A DNA stretch of 64,000 bases. Source: Spirochaetota bacterium (lineage in GTDB: Bacteria > Spirochaetota > UBA4802 > UBA5550). The DNA lies in NCBI GenBank assembly GCA_963664815.2, contig CAXXHB010000003.1:1-64000 (forward strand). The letters run 5' to 3'. The translations under genes and the position numbers were made by a program. The notes under the pieces are model-generated. The model saw nothing but the letters and a program-made list of their open reading frames with translations. It was not told where the DNA came from and ran no database searches. Shown here piece after piece: positions 50,140-60,179 of this stretch (within the stretch, counting starts at the first letter, position 1; every line of letters begins with the position of its first letter).

Positions 50140-51204
50140 TTATTCCACTTCAAAAGAAGTTACGTTGTCTTCGCTGAGCATATTTCTCAATTTGCTCATT
50201 TCCTTCTTGTCTTTTAAGCCTTCAACACGGACTTTAAAAAAGTTATTATCCTGAATTATCCTTACATTACGATTGGTCATACTCTCAATTTTTAATTTTA
50301 AATTTTCAGCATTTTTTCTTGAATAGAATGCACCTGCCTGAATTTTCATACTGTTGCTGTTAGCGTTGCTGCTGCTGTTATAATCATCCGGACTTTCACT
50401 TTTAACATTCATATAATTTTCATCATCAGCAACAGGTTCAATATATTTTTTATTTTTATTGGAAGCTGAATTGCTGTTTATTTTTTTAATTATTTTTATC
50501 CCGACATTTGCTTCACCGGTTTTCACTATGCCGATTTCTTTTGCACCGGCATATGAAAGGTCTATAATGCGGTTTCCTCTATAAGGACCTCTGTCATTGA
50601 TTTTAAGTCTGACAGATTTTCCGTTTGAGAGATTTTTTACTTCAACTATTGTTCCAAAGGGCAGAGTTTTATGAGCTGCTGTCATATCATTCATATCAAA
50701 TACTTCCCCTGATGCGGTAGTTTTCCCGTGAAATTCTCTTCCGTACCATGATGCAGAACCTTTCTGGTAGAATTTTTCTGATTCATTTTCCTGATTTTCA
50801 GAATCATCTTCGTAGTTGTTATTATTTTTTACTGGTTTAGAATAGGACTCATCATTATATTCTTCAGGATCCTTATATTTTCCTTTAGTTTCTTTATACT
50901 CATCAGCTCCGGATTTGCTGTTTTCCCCGTTAGACTTTACGCGCATTTTTTTGTTATCATAATCCTTGCTATTATTTGCGTATTTATCCCCGGAATATGA
51001 GGATTTAGCCTTCTTATTCATTGCCGGAATTTCATCATCATTTGAGCTGTTATCGTTGTCGAATGCTTCAAATTCTTCATTCTGAAAGCTTCCTTTATAG
51101 TCGTTATTTTTGGTTTGAGCTTTTCCCGGCGTGCATCCCATAAAGAACATAATAACCACTGCGCCGACGAGAGATATTAACATGCTTTTCAGCAAATTAT
51201 ACAT
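50140..51204 (-). CDS. rlpA: Septal ring lytic transglycosylase RlpA (lipoprotein, DPBB + SPOR)
   Basis: Lipobox FMGC; ASWYG..FHG.TTASGE, TAAHKTLPFGT, INDRGP, RIIDLS; IQAGAF SPOR domain. Confidence 0.93.
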   Translation of the reverse strand: MYNLLKSMLISLVGAVVIMFFMGCTPGKAQTKNNDYKGSFQNEEFEAFDNDNSSNDDEIPAMNKKAKSSYSGDKYANNSKDYDNKKMRVKSNGENSKSGADEYKETKGKYKDPEEYNDESYSKPVKNNNNYEDDSENQENESEKFYQKGSASWYGREFHGKTTASGEVFDMNDMTAAHKTLPFGTIVEVKNLSNGKSVRLKINDRGPYRGNRIIDLSYAGAKEIGIVKTGEANVGIKIIKKINSNSASNKNKKYIEPVADDENYMNVKSESPDDYNSSSNANSNSMKIQAGAFYSRKNAENLKLKIESMTNRNVRIIQDNNFFKVRVEGLKDKKEMSKLRNMLSEDNVTSFEVE

Positions 51205-51239
51205 ATTGGTACCTCCGAATATATAAACACCTGTTTATC

Positions 51240-51266
51240 TTATCGGAAAGGTGTATTTTATCTTTA
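51240..51266 (-). promoter_or_regulatory. Sigma-28-type promoter upstream of rlpA
   Basis: Minus strand TAAA-N15-TCCGATAA. Confidence 0.5.
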
Positions 51267-51329
51267 ATAATAATTTAATTTTATGTCGCAAAAATCCTTG
51301 ACCACTTCAACACATGGTATAATTAAAGA

Positions 51330-51502
51330 AAGATGCTGAATAGCCGTTATGCAGCGATTTGCGCAACCTGTCTGGGCATACTCGCAACGAGTATTGATAA
51401 ATAAAAATCTGAATAAACTGATTTTTATAATGATATCAAAAAGACGGTTACTACATCCCGCAGGTCTTCTTATTCGGACGTAAAAATGGAGGTTTTACGA
51501 CC
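51330..51502 (+). ncRNA. Candidate structured leader or ncRNA, family not recognised
   Basis: Extended -10 TGGTATAAT at 51315-51323; five stems and a possible pseudoknot. Confidence 0.35.
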
Positions 51503-51544
51503 ACCATGAATTATTAAAAAAATATTTATATAGAGAAGAGATAA

Positions 51545-52579
51545 ATGAAAATATTATCGAGCAAACCTACAATAACAAGAAAAGAGCTTGAAGGTGTCCT
51601 TGACTGCCTTATTCAGGATGAACTTAATACCGGGAGTACTGTAAAAGCTTTTGAAACAGCTGTCTCTGAATTGACAGGCTTTAAGTATCCACTTGCGCTG
51701 AATTCCCTTGTTTCAGCGTACCTGCTGGTTTTTAAAGCGCTGGAAATAGGGGTTGGGGATGAGATCATAATTCCTTCATTTTTTAATATTGCTGCGCTCA
51801 GTGCACTGAAGTTGACAGGCGGTATTCCGGTAATAGTTGATTCTGATTCAAATTCAATTTTCCCCTCAACAGTACAGATCAGGGAAAAAATTACAGTAAA
51901 GACAAGAGCCATTATAGCAGGAGATGTATTCGGTTTTCATTTTGATGGAGAGGAACTAAAAGATTCAGGAATCCCTCTTGTGGCAGAGATTTCACATTCA
52001 GCCGGCACAGAGTTTAATGAGAAACCTGCAGGTTCGTGGGGGACTTTTGCTGTTGCATCATTTGCTCCTTCGATGATTATTACTACCGGAAATGGAGGGA
52101 TGGTGCTTACAAACAATTCCAAGTATTTCTCCGTGATGCGGGATCTCAGGGGATATAGTGATGAGTCAATTAACTATGATCTTACAATGACTGATCTGCA
52201 GGGTGCCATGGGTATAACACAGATTATGAAACTTAAAGATTTTTTAAAAAGAAGACGTGAAATAGCAAAAAAATATTATGAGGCAATCAGAATTACAACT
52301 CACAAGCCGCTCTTCCCGTATAATGATTCTTTTAGTTATCAGAGTTTCCCGGTAATATTTGACGCTCCGCTGGAACGGGTGGATAAGTACTGGAAAAAAT
52401 GCGGTATCGATGCATCAAAAGCCATTTTGTCACCGCTGCATATTATTGCAGGATTGAAGGGTTTTGATTATCCTAACGCCGACAGGCTCTCGAAGAAACT
52501 TCATTCAATACCTCTATATCCGACTCTGACAAAAAAAGAGATAGATAAAATTTCAAAATCTCTTGGTGCTTTTATATGA
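51545..52579 (+). CDS. DegT/DnrJ/EryC1/StrS family protein lacking the PLP lysine
   Basis: GDEIIIPSF, SFAPSMIITTGNGG (Lys replaced by Met), MTDLQGAMG, IPLYP. Confidence 0.85.
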   Translation: MKILSSKPTITRKELEGVLDCLIQDELNTGSTVKAFETAVSELTGFKYPLALNSLVSAYLLVFKALEIGVGDEIIIPSFFNIAALSALKLTGGIPVIVDSDSNSIFPSTVQIREKITVKTRAIIAGDVFGFHFDGEELKDSGIPLVAEISHSAGTEFNEKPAGSWGTFAVASFAPSMIITTGNGGMVLTNNSKYFSVMRDLRGYSDESINYDLTMTDLQGAMGITQIMKLKDFLKRRREIAKKYYEAIRITTHKPLFPYNDSFSYQSFPVIFDAPLERVDKYWKKCGIDASKAILSPLHIIAGLKGFDYPNADRLSKKLHSIPLYPTLTKKEIDKISKSLGAFI

Positions 52580-52634
52580 TTGAATGGAATAGCGTGTCTG
52601 GTTTTATCCATTTTTTGTCTACACCATTTTTTAT

Positions 52635-52794
52635 GGGGGAGATGTCGCGATAGCGACAGAGGGGGAGGAAGTTTTAGAACAGATGCTGTATTTTAATGAC
52701 AGTAAGAATTATATACTTTGCTCCACATCTGCCTCCACATCCGCCTCCCCATCCGCCCTCTGGGCACCTTCCCCATGATAAGATGGGGAAGGGG
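52635..52794. repeat. GC-rich REP-like palindrome pair with 12-bp tandem repeat
   Basis: GGGGGAGATGTCGC-GATA-GCGACAGAGGGGG; 3x (C/G)CTCCMCATCYG; CCCCATCCGCCC-TCT-GGGCACCTTCCCCAT...ATGGGGAAGG. Confidence 0.7.
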
Positions 52795-52826
52795 TTTTGT
52801 ATAAGTATTTGTTAAAGGAGAAAGCT

Positions 52827-53231
52827 ATGTACTTGTTAACAATAGAAGATCACTTTGCTTCAGCTCATCAGCTCAGAGGATACAGGGGAAAATGTGAAAA
52901 TATTCATGGGCATAACTGGAAGATTGTGCTGAATGTACAGGGTGAGAAACTTAATGAGATAGGCCTTCTTATAGATTATAATGATCTGAAAGATATTTTG
53001 AAGAAAATTACTAATTATCTTGATCATAAAAATCTGAATGAGACAGAGCCTTTTAATGTTATTAATCCAAGTTCTGAAAATATCGCAGAATACATTGCTC
53101 TTGAGGCTCAAAAGGAATTAACTGAAATTAACCCCGGGCTTTTTGTCGAATCAGTAACAGTATGGGAGTCCGATACTTCAAGATGCACTTTTTATCTGCA
53201 AAGAGGCTTCTCTAAGAGAGAAGTTCATTAA
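52827..53231 (+). CDS. queD: 6-carboxy-5,6,7,8-tetrahydropterin synthase
   Basis: FASAHQL..Y.GKCENIHGHNW, LDH, NPSSENIA, VWES; AAGGAG RBS before ATG 52827. Confidence 0.93.
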   Translation: MYLLTIEDHFASAHQLRGYRGKCENIHGHNWKIVLNVQGEKLNEIGLLIDYNDLKDILKKITNYLDHKNLNETEPFNVINPSSENIAEYIALEAQKELTEINPGLFVESVTVWESDTSRCTFYLQRGFSKREVH

Positions 53232-53571
53232 TCTTTTTCTTTAACTCATCAAGATTTGAAGATTTTGTCAGGTATGCATCAGCAGTCCATGTCATGAAAT
53301 TGCTCTTGTAGTTGGAATAGGCTGTATAAATGATTACAGGAATCTTTTTCTCCATGGTAATTACTTTTCCGAGAGTTTCTATGCCATCCATTTCGGGCAT
53401 TCTTATATCCATTATAATCAGATCAAATCCCCCCTTCCTTATAAGTTCAATGGCTTCTTTACCGTTAGAGGCTTTTGAGACTTCATACCCTGAATCAATC
53501 AGATCCTCCTCGTAAAGATCGCGCAGATTTTCTTCATCTTCAACGATTAATAATTTTGGCATAAGGGTCAC
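53212..53571 (-). CDS. Single-domain response regulator
   Basis: LIVEDE, MDIRMP, YTAY. Confidence 0.9.
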   Translation of the reverse strand: MTLMPKLLIVEDEENLRDLYEEDLIDSGYEVSKASNGKEAIELIRKGGFDLIIMDIRMPEMDGIETLGKVITMEKKIPVIIYTAYSNYKSNFMTWTADAYLTKSSNLDELKKKINELLS

Positions 53572-53688
53572 CCGCTCTTTTAATATTTTAATTTATATTT
53601 ATAATATATATTTATAATATATCATTTTCTGCGGTTATAAAGTAATTTACACTATAATATATTTAATGTAAGTCACAATCAACAATTG

Positions 53689-55791
53689 TTAAATAAAAAT
53701 TTCATTATCAGTATTTTTTTGATCGGATGAAGGGATTGGGAGATGTATAGTAAACTCAGCTCCTCCATCTTCATTATTTAAGGCTGAAATTTTCCCTCTG
53801 TGATCCTTTACAATTTTTTTAACATTTGCAAGTCCAAGTCCCACACCTGTTACTTTTGTGGTAAAAAACGGTTCAAATATAATTTCCGGATCTTCTGCCT
53901 TAATCCCTGTTCCACTGTCAATTATTCTTATAACAACATATGAGTCTTCAGATTCAGTTATAATTGATAAAGTCCCCCCTGATGGAGTTGCCTCAATGGC
54001 ATTCTGGAATAAATTTAAAAATACCTGCTTCATCTGGTTAAAATCTGATTTAACATTAGGGAGATCTTCTGACAAATTTAGATTTATTTTAATATTTTTT
54101 TCAAGGAGAACATTTTTAAGGAGCCTGTAGGTATCTCTTATTATATGATTTACATCATTGAATTCTTTTATATATTTTGAGGGTTTGGTGAAATCCATCA
54201 CGTTTGAAAGAATTTTTTCAAGTCGTTCTGATTCTTTTAATATTATATCTGCCGATTTTATTACCTTTTTTATATCGAGCATGTTTTCAGAAGTATATTT
54301 AAGTATTCTTTTGGAATAACCACCCATCGTGACAAGAGGATTTCTTATTTCATGTGCAATATGAGAAGCAATTCTGCCTACAGCAGCCATTTTTTCAGAT
54401 TCAATGATGGCATCCTGTCTCTCCTCAATTTTTTTCATCTCCTTTTTTACTTCAATGAGATTAAGGTAGTTTTCTATAAGAAAAGCTGACTGAAAACAGA
54501 AAATGGAAAGAAGATCAATACTCTGCGTTGAAATTCCTGTCATATTATATTTATTATCTGCTATAATAATACCTATTGTTTTTTTAAATGAAATCATCGG
54601 CATTATCAGAAATTCATCGACTTCCATAAACTGCTTTATTTCCTCACTGACCCTGTTGTCGGATCGGGCATTGCGGATATGGATCCTTTCCATATTGTTC
54701 ACTGCCTGTGTAAAAATATTTATTTCGGAAAGATTGACCCTGTAGGCCTGTACCTTTTTCAGAAGGATGCCTCTTTTTATTTCAATTGGATATTGTACTG
54801 TAACATCAACATCTGCCGCAGAAAGAGAATTCCATATTTCAATTGCCTCTTCAAAGGAATCAGGACCAACAGCCATCTTTCCCTGGAGCATATCATTTTC
54901 CACCATAAAAAGCATTGCCCTGTTGAATCCCAGGCCAGATCCGGAGGTAACTCCTGCGAGTATATTATAAAATGTTGTTTCAGTTTCGTTTTCGTCACCC
55001 ATTGTCTCTGAAAGATGGCTTAATATTGAGGCATGATAATCTTTACTGAACCTATCAGTTATATCATCAATAATAATTACAACCTGTTCTTCTCCATTTA
55101 AAACCATACTTGAAATTTTCAGATCTGATATTATGGATTTTCTGTTTACCGACATAAGATGAACGTTTTTCAGTACGACTGAATCGGTTTCCCTGTTTTT
55201 CAGAATCTGGCTTATCCCCATTTTCAACCTGGTGTTGACGAAGTAAAAAATGCTGCTTAAGCCCTTGCCTATTACCTTTTCCCCTTCAATATTAAATTTT
55301 TTACAGAAACTTTCGTTTGCGTAGAGAATTTTTTCGTTTTTATCAATAACTATAAAATGAGAATTAATTGAGCAGATAATATGGTTGTATAGTTCATGAA
55401 ATTTTTTTAGTTCGCCGCTTTGAGATGCAACTATGGATTCAAATTGTTTGCCAACAGTAAGCAGTTCTTTTAATATCTGCGAAATATTATCAGTAATATT
55501 AATATCTGATTCAGTAAGTATGAATTTACCCTTTTTAAACTCGTCAATTATTTGCCGTAGATTTTTTAAATTGTTCCATAGGAAAAATCCTATCCTGTAA
55601 TAATAAAAATAGAGCCTGGAAAAAAAATAGATAAGCATTCCGGCGATAAGGATGTAATATGTTGATTTTTTAACGTTTTCCGCGTAAGCCAGCAGTCCAA
55701 ATATAAATAATGCGAGGATAAGATTCGGAATAAATATTTTTAGTGTCCAGAATAAGACATTTTTAAGATTCTTGTTTTTTAAAGTAAACAT
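53689..55791 (-). CDS. Membrane sensor histidine kinase (PAS-GAF-HisKA-HATPase)
   Basis: GLGFNRAMLF GAF; IAHEIRNPL; NLFQNA, DSGTG, PFFTTK, GLGL. Confidence 0.92.
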   Translation of the reverse strand: MFTLKNKNLKNVLFWTLKIFIPNLILALFIFGLLAYAENVKKSTYYILIAGMLIYFFSRLYFYYYRIGFFLWNNLKNLRQIIDEFKKGKFILTESDINITDNISQILKELLTVGKQFESIVASQSGELKKFHELYNHIICSINSHFIVIDKNEKILYANESFCKKFNIEGEKVIGKGLSSIFYFVNTRLKMGISQILKNRETDSVVLKNVHLMSVNRKSIISDLKISSMVLNGEEQVVIIIDDITDRFSKDYHASILSHLSETMGDENETETTFYNILAGVTSGSGLGFNRAMLFMVENDMLQGKMAVGPDSFEEAIEIWNSLSAADVDVTVQYPIEIKRGILLKKVQAYRVNLSEINIFTQAVNNMERIHIRNARSDNRVSEEIKQFMEVDEFLIMPMISFKKTIGIIIADNKYNMTGISTQSIDLLSIFCFQSAFLIENYLNLIEVKKEMKKIEERQDAIIESEKMAAVGRIASHIAHEIRNPLVTMGGYSKRILKYTSENMLDIKKVIKSADIILKESERLEKILSNVMDFTKPSKYIKEFNDVNHIIRDTYRLLKNVLLEKNIKINLNLSEDLPNVKSDFNQMKQVFLNLFQNAIEATPSGGTLSIITESEDSYVVIRIIDSGTGIKAEDPEIIFEPFFTTKVTGVGLGLANVKKIVKDHRGKISALNNEDGGAEFTIHLPIPSSDQKNTDNEIFI

Positions 55792-55867
55792 GTTTAACCA
55801 TTCATATTAATGATAGACAGATAATGTCAGCACATTATTGTTTCCTTTGATTTTTATAAGAAAAAAA

Positions 55868-56034
55868 GTTTTTCTTTCCCGACCCGCCAGGGGTATAGGA
55901 AAATATAACAGTTTCTTTTAAGCTAATAAATAGAGTTGTTTCCGAACTGTCATTTGTAGTGCTCAATAAGCCTTGATGGTGCTTTTTTAAGGGGCTTCAC
56001 ACCTTATACCCTGAAAAAAATTGAGAAAGGAAAC
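55868..56034 (+). ncRNA. 167-nt rod-shaped inverted-repeat element, 6S RNA candidate
   Basis: Nested stems 55868-80/56023-34, 55888-99/56002-13 and 55910-23/55981-96 separated by internal loops. Confidence 0.35.
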
Positions 56035-56159
56035 AAGTCTAATATTAAGGAATTATTACTGATATAAGTATATAAATAAATAGAAGTAAATCAAAATAAT
56101 CTTTAAAATTTATTATAATCATTGTGACTTGAATAATTCATAAACAACAGAAGGATCGA

Positions 56160-56762
56160 ATGAAAATTGTAATAGCATCGTCAAACAAAAATAAAATTCT
56201 GGAAATTAAAGATAAATTTTCTTCTATATCCGGTTTAGAGATTGTACCATTGTCTGACTATAAGAATGTACCTCAGATTATTGAGGATGCAGATTCATTT
56301 AAAGGTAATGCCGTGAAAAAAGCAGAGATTATAAGAGACTTTACGGGAGAGGTATCGCTTGCGGATGATTCAGGACTTGTAGTAGATGCCCTCAATGGCG
56401 AGCCGGGGATATATTCCGCAAGATATGGAGGTGAAAATTTGTCTGATATAGAAAGGTATAATCTTATACTGAAAAAACTGAATGGTGTTGAAGAGAAGAA
56501 ACGAACAGCAAGGTTTGTCTGTGCAATTGCAATGGCATTTCCCGGCGGACAGAAATTTGTAACGGAGAGAGCGTGTGAGGGAATAATCACCTGTAAACCG
56601 CTGGGAAGTAAAGGTTTCGGTTATGATCCCGTGTTCTATATCCCGGAATTGAAATCTACAATGGCTGAAATTTCTCTTGAAGTAAAAAACCGTATCAGTC
56701 ACAGGGCGAAAGCTCTGGAGTCTGCTTATGAAATATTTGCAGGGATGAATTATGCCGGTTAA
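56160..56762 (+). CDS. rdgB: Non-canonical purine NTP pyrophosphatase (RdgB/HAM1)
   Basis: ADDSGL..DAL.G.PGIYSARY, GFGYDP, KNRISHR. Confidence 0.95.
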   Translation: MKIVIASSNKNKILEIKDKFSSISGLEIVPLSDYKNVPQIIEDADSFKGNAVKKAEIIRDFTGEVSLADDSGLVVDALNGEPGIYSARYGGENLSDIERYNLILKKLNGVEEKKRTARFVCAIAMAFPGGQKFVTERACEGIITCKPLGSKGFGYDPVFYIPELKSTMAEISLEVKNRISHRAKALESAYEIFAGMNYAG

Positions 56763-57402
56763 AATGACTAAATCCCGGTCAGATAAAATTTTATCACAGC
56801 TTTATGATTTTTATGGTGAGACTGTTCCGGATCTGAGCTTCAGGAATATCTATGAACTGACGATAGCTGTGGTCCTTTCGGCACAGACTACTGACAGGCA
56901 GGTTAATGGAGTAACCGGGCTTCTTTTTAAAAAGTATCCGGATTTTGAACATCTTGGGAATGCCGATCATGCCGATGTGGAAAAAATTATAAGGAGTACA
57001 GGCTTTTTCAGAACCAAGACAAAAAATATTATATCCCTGTCGCGCATGATCTGTTCAGAGTTTAACGGTGTGCTTCCGGATAACCTTGAAAGCCTTATTG
57101 AACTTCCCGGCATAGGGAGAAAATCCGCAAATGTAATACTCTCTATAGGATATGGTAAACCGGGGCTTGCTGTTGATACGCATGTATCAAGAATTTCAAA
57201 CAGACTTGGTTACAGCAGCAGTAAATCTCCCCTTGTGATTGAAAATATTTTATGCGATATAATTGATCCTTCTGAATGGAAAAAAACGCATCTTCTTTTT
57301 ATCAAGCACGGCAGGATGATCTGCAAAGCCAGGAATCCCGAATGTGGCCGATGCCCTGTCATAAAGGTTTGTATTTACTATGTGAGCCTGTTGAATAATT
57401 AA
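56752..57402 (+). CDS. nth: Endonuclease III
   Basis: LSAQTTD, LPGIGRKSAN HhH motif, VDTHV, C-x6-C-x2-C-x5-C Fe-S motif. Confidence 0.95.
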   Translation: MPVKMTKSRSDKILSQLYDFYGETVPDLSFRNIYELTIAVVLSAQTTDRQVNGVTGLLFKKYPDFEHLGNADHADVEKIIRSTGFFRTKTKNIISLSRMICSEFNGVLPDNLESLIELPGIGRKSANVILSIGYGKPGLAVDTHVSRISNRLGYSSSKSPLVIENILCDIIDPSEWKKTHLLFIKHGRMICKARNPECGRCPVIKVCIYYVSLLNN

Positions 57403-57425
57403 ATCATTCAGTCTCTTATCCGGGA

Positions 57426-58781
57426 TCAGCTTTTAATTTTTTTATGTATGTACATCAGTCTGTTTATCATTTTTGAAGCATAATCTCTGAAGAAGAGTAC
57501 TACCTCTATATTGTATTTTTCTCTGTTTAAATCTTTTGCAGGGTCATGCCCGGTTATTTTTTTCAGAGATTCGTAAGCTCTATCTGATCGGGTTCTCTCC
57601 ACGTTTGTAAGCTTATCAATTAAAAAATTTATTGCAGCTATATCATTAGTATATGACAGTGATTCAAGAATAAATATTTTCATCGATTCATTACCTGTTT
57701 TGTAGAGATTATAGAATTCATCTTTATTTTCAACATAATAAGAGCTGAAATAACTGGTAAATTGTGTTAACTTAATTAAATCCGGTGGATTATTCAGCAT
57801 TTGAGAAACGGTGTAGGTTTTTAAAGTTTCAAAATTAAGTTTTATATTTTTTCTGTTAAGATGTATGAATATATATTCAATATTGTTAAGTTTGTTTTTC
57901 AGAATGATATTTTCCCATTCTCCAATAGAATAAGATGTGTCTTTCCCGTATTTTTCTACAAACTCAAAAAAAGCGGTCGTATCATCCGAATTTCCGTTTT
58001 CAAGAATATTCTTTTGCAATTTATCAAGGGTGAAAACAAATCCGGATTTGAGAAGAATACGCCCGGTAACAGAGAGAGTTGAGCTTCCAAAGGGGGCTAT
58101 ATAAAAGGAAAAAATAATAAAAGAAAGGATCAGCATAAATAAAAAAGACCCGCCGAAAACGGATAATAATACAGACCGCAATAAACCCAGATGACTTTTA
58201 ACATATCCGTAAGTAAGTATAAATATAAAGAAAAAATACTTTATTAGTTTAATGAAGTTAACGCCAATACCAGGTTCAAGAAGAGCATAAAGCGCATGAT
58301 CAGTTACAAAATATATAATTGAAAAGATTATGAATAATGGAATTGATATGCGGGGTCTTCTCCCCTGCCTGAGTACAACGAACAGTATAAGCGAGTAAAA
58401 AATTGTATTGGAATACCTTCCGTCGAGTAGTTTGTATGCCGGTTCAAAAGGCCAGTTCGGAGCTTTCAGGTAATTTATCATTGTGAAAACAATTGTAAGA
58501 AAATATATAAACAGAAAAGGGAATATCCGTATTGTAAAAAAGAGATAGTATTTACCTTTCCAGCCATAACGTGTGGTATAGTCATTCCGGTAATCATCGG
58601 GATTTATCTGTGAAAAAATGAATATCAGATAAAAGGAGAGAACCATTATATAAACTCTGGCAATTGCAGAAACACCGCCCCAGTTGTAACTGAGATTAAA
58701 TATGGCATTTACTATAAATAGCGGAATCATAATTATAAGAAAATGACTTATTCTTCCGAGTTGCTCTTTTAATATATGCAT
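57426..58781 (-). CDS. Hypothetical polytopic membrane protein with helical (HEAT-like) C-terminus
   Basis: Multiple TM segments, then AINFLIDKL...AYESLKKITG. Confidence 0.7.
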   Translation of the reverse strand: MHILKEQLGRISHFLIIMIPLFIVNAIFNLSYNWGGVSAIARVYIMVLSFYLIFIFSQINPDDYRNDYTTRYGWKGKYYLFFTIRIFPFLFIYFLTIVFTMINYLKAPNWPFEPAYKLLDGRYSNTIFYSLILFVVLRQGRRPRISIPLFIIFSIIYFVTDHALYALLEPGIGVNFIKLIKYFFFIFILTYGYVKSHLGLLRSVLLSVFGGSFLFMLILSFIIFSFYIAPFGSSTLSVTGRILLKSGFVFTLDKLQKNILENGNSDDTTAFFEFVEKYGKDTSYSIGEWENIILKNKLNNIEYIFIHLNRKNIKLNFETLKTYTVSQMLNNPPDLIKLTQFTSYFSSYYVENKDEFYNLYKTGNESMKIFILESLSYTNDIAAINFLIDKLTNVERTRSDRAYESLKKITGHDPAKDLNREKYNIEVVLFFRDYASKMINRLMYIHKKIKS

Positions 58782-59016
58782 AATTTCACCTGAACAATTA
58801 ATTTCTGAATTAGTAAATAATTCAATAATAAATTGTTGAATTATTTAAATGTTAATTACTAATTTTTATAAAATAGAAAATGATCTGTTTTTTTTCGCCA
58901 TCAAAGTCAGCAGGGATATAATATCTTTTTTTAATTAAAATATATTCAGGAACCATTACAAAAGATTTACTGTTTTTCTGTATATTTGCAATTGTTGTAA
59001 TTCAAAGGATTTGGTA

Positions 59017-59733
59017 ATGAGATTTAATCATATCGAATATGCCAGTTATTACCATGATCATATGATAGAAGCCGGATATCCCGGAAAGCTTCTTCCATTT
59101 ATTCTGGATGCGCTGGAGGGCAGCCTGACGGTTCTTGATATAGGAGCAGGAACCGGTTTCTTTTCTATACCTCTTGCTCAGGCCGGGCATCTGGTTACTG
59201 CTGTTGAACCATCAGAAGGGATGTTTCTTATCATGGAAAAAAATATACCTCCGGCAATTCACGCTTCAATAAAGATTTGCCGGGCAGAATGGGAAAGCTG
59301 GAATGGTGAATTCCACGATGCAGCGATCTGTGTTCATTCTCTCTATCCAATGAATAATCTGCAGCTTGCAATCAGGATGATTGATAATTCAGCTGCAAAA
59401 AAAATATTAATTGTCAGAGAAAATAAACTGATGAGAACTCTTCCCGGGATTATCAGGGAGAGATTTGGTATTTTGTCAAATCGTGATCTTAACAGTGAAA
59501 TCAGGGCAATTCTTAATGAAATTTCTGCTGAATGGAAGGTTTTTAACATCTGTGAGCAGAGGGAATATTTAATAAAGGATATTGGCCGCGAAGTTTCTTC
59601 AATTATTTACCAGTTGAGACTAAACGAAGATTCAAGAGATGAAGTCTGCAGAATAGCTGATGAGGAGATAAATTATCGCGGAGGAAGCTGTTTTTTTGAT
59701 GCAATTTATTCGGATAATGCTTATATTTTTTAA
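59017..59733 (+). CDS. Class I SAM-dependent methyltransferase
   Basis: VLDIGAGTG, VTAVEPS. Confidence 0.88.
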   Translation: MRFNHIEYASYYHDHMIEAGYPGKLLPFILDALEGSLTVLDIGAGTGFFSIPLAQAGHLVTAVEPSEGMFLIMEKNIPPAIHASIKICRAEWESWNGEFHDAAICVHSLYPMNNLQLAIRMIDNSAAKKILIVRENKLMRTLPGIIRERFGILSNRDLNSEIRAILNEISAEWKVFNICEQREYLIKDIGREVSSIIYQLRLNEDSRDEVCRIADEEINYRGGSCFFDAIYSDNAYIF

Positions 59734-59809
59734 TGAATGTATTTATTGTGCCTATATGTAATTGACTGATCAGGGTTAACATTTTTAATTAGTGCTGTGA
59801 GAGGTAAAT

Positions 59810-60166
59810 ATGGACAGTAACAATGTATTAAATATACAGGAACTTTCAGAAAGGCTTGATGGAGATTTTGATCTGTTTGTTGAGCTTTCAGAACTTTTTT
59901 ATGAAGATTCGTCATCTCTCCTTAATAAAATTGAAGATTCCATAAAAAAGAATGATTCCGAATCTTTAAGAAAATCTGCTCATACGTTGAAAGGTGCTGT
60001 TTCAAATTTTTCAGCACAGAGGGCATATGATGCTGCCTATGAACTCGAAATTGCCGGTAAAGACAAGGTGTTTGAAAATGCAGCGGAAAAATTCAATTCG
60101 CTGAAACATGAAATAGATAACGTAATAAACGCCATGAAGTCTTTAGTTATCAGAAAATCATTTTAA
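59810..60166 (+). CDS. Hpt domain protein
   Basis: AHTLKGA motif. Confidence 0.92.
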   Translation: MDSNNVLNIQELSERLDGDFDLFVELSELFYEDSSSLLNKIEDSIKKNDSESLRKSAHTLKGAVSNFSAQRAYDAAYELEIAGKDKVFENAAEKFNSLKHEIDNVINAMKSLVIRKSF

Positions 60167-60179
60167 AGCTGAAATATAA

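Noticed and set aside
51330-51470. c-di-AMP (ydaO), TPP or glmS riboswitch
   Set aside because: Only short look-alikes (GCTGAAT, AACCTG.TCTGG); the conserved cores GGGGGA/CCCG, CTGAGA and AGCGCC/GACGAG are absent.
52580-52826. preQ1 riboswitch upstream of queD
   Set aside because: No preQ1 stem-loop with an A-rich tail was seen; the spacer is occupied by REP-like palindromes.
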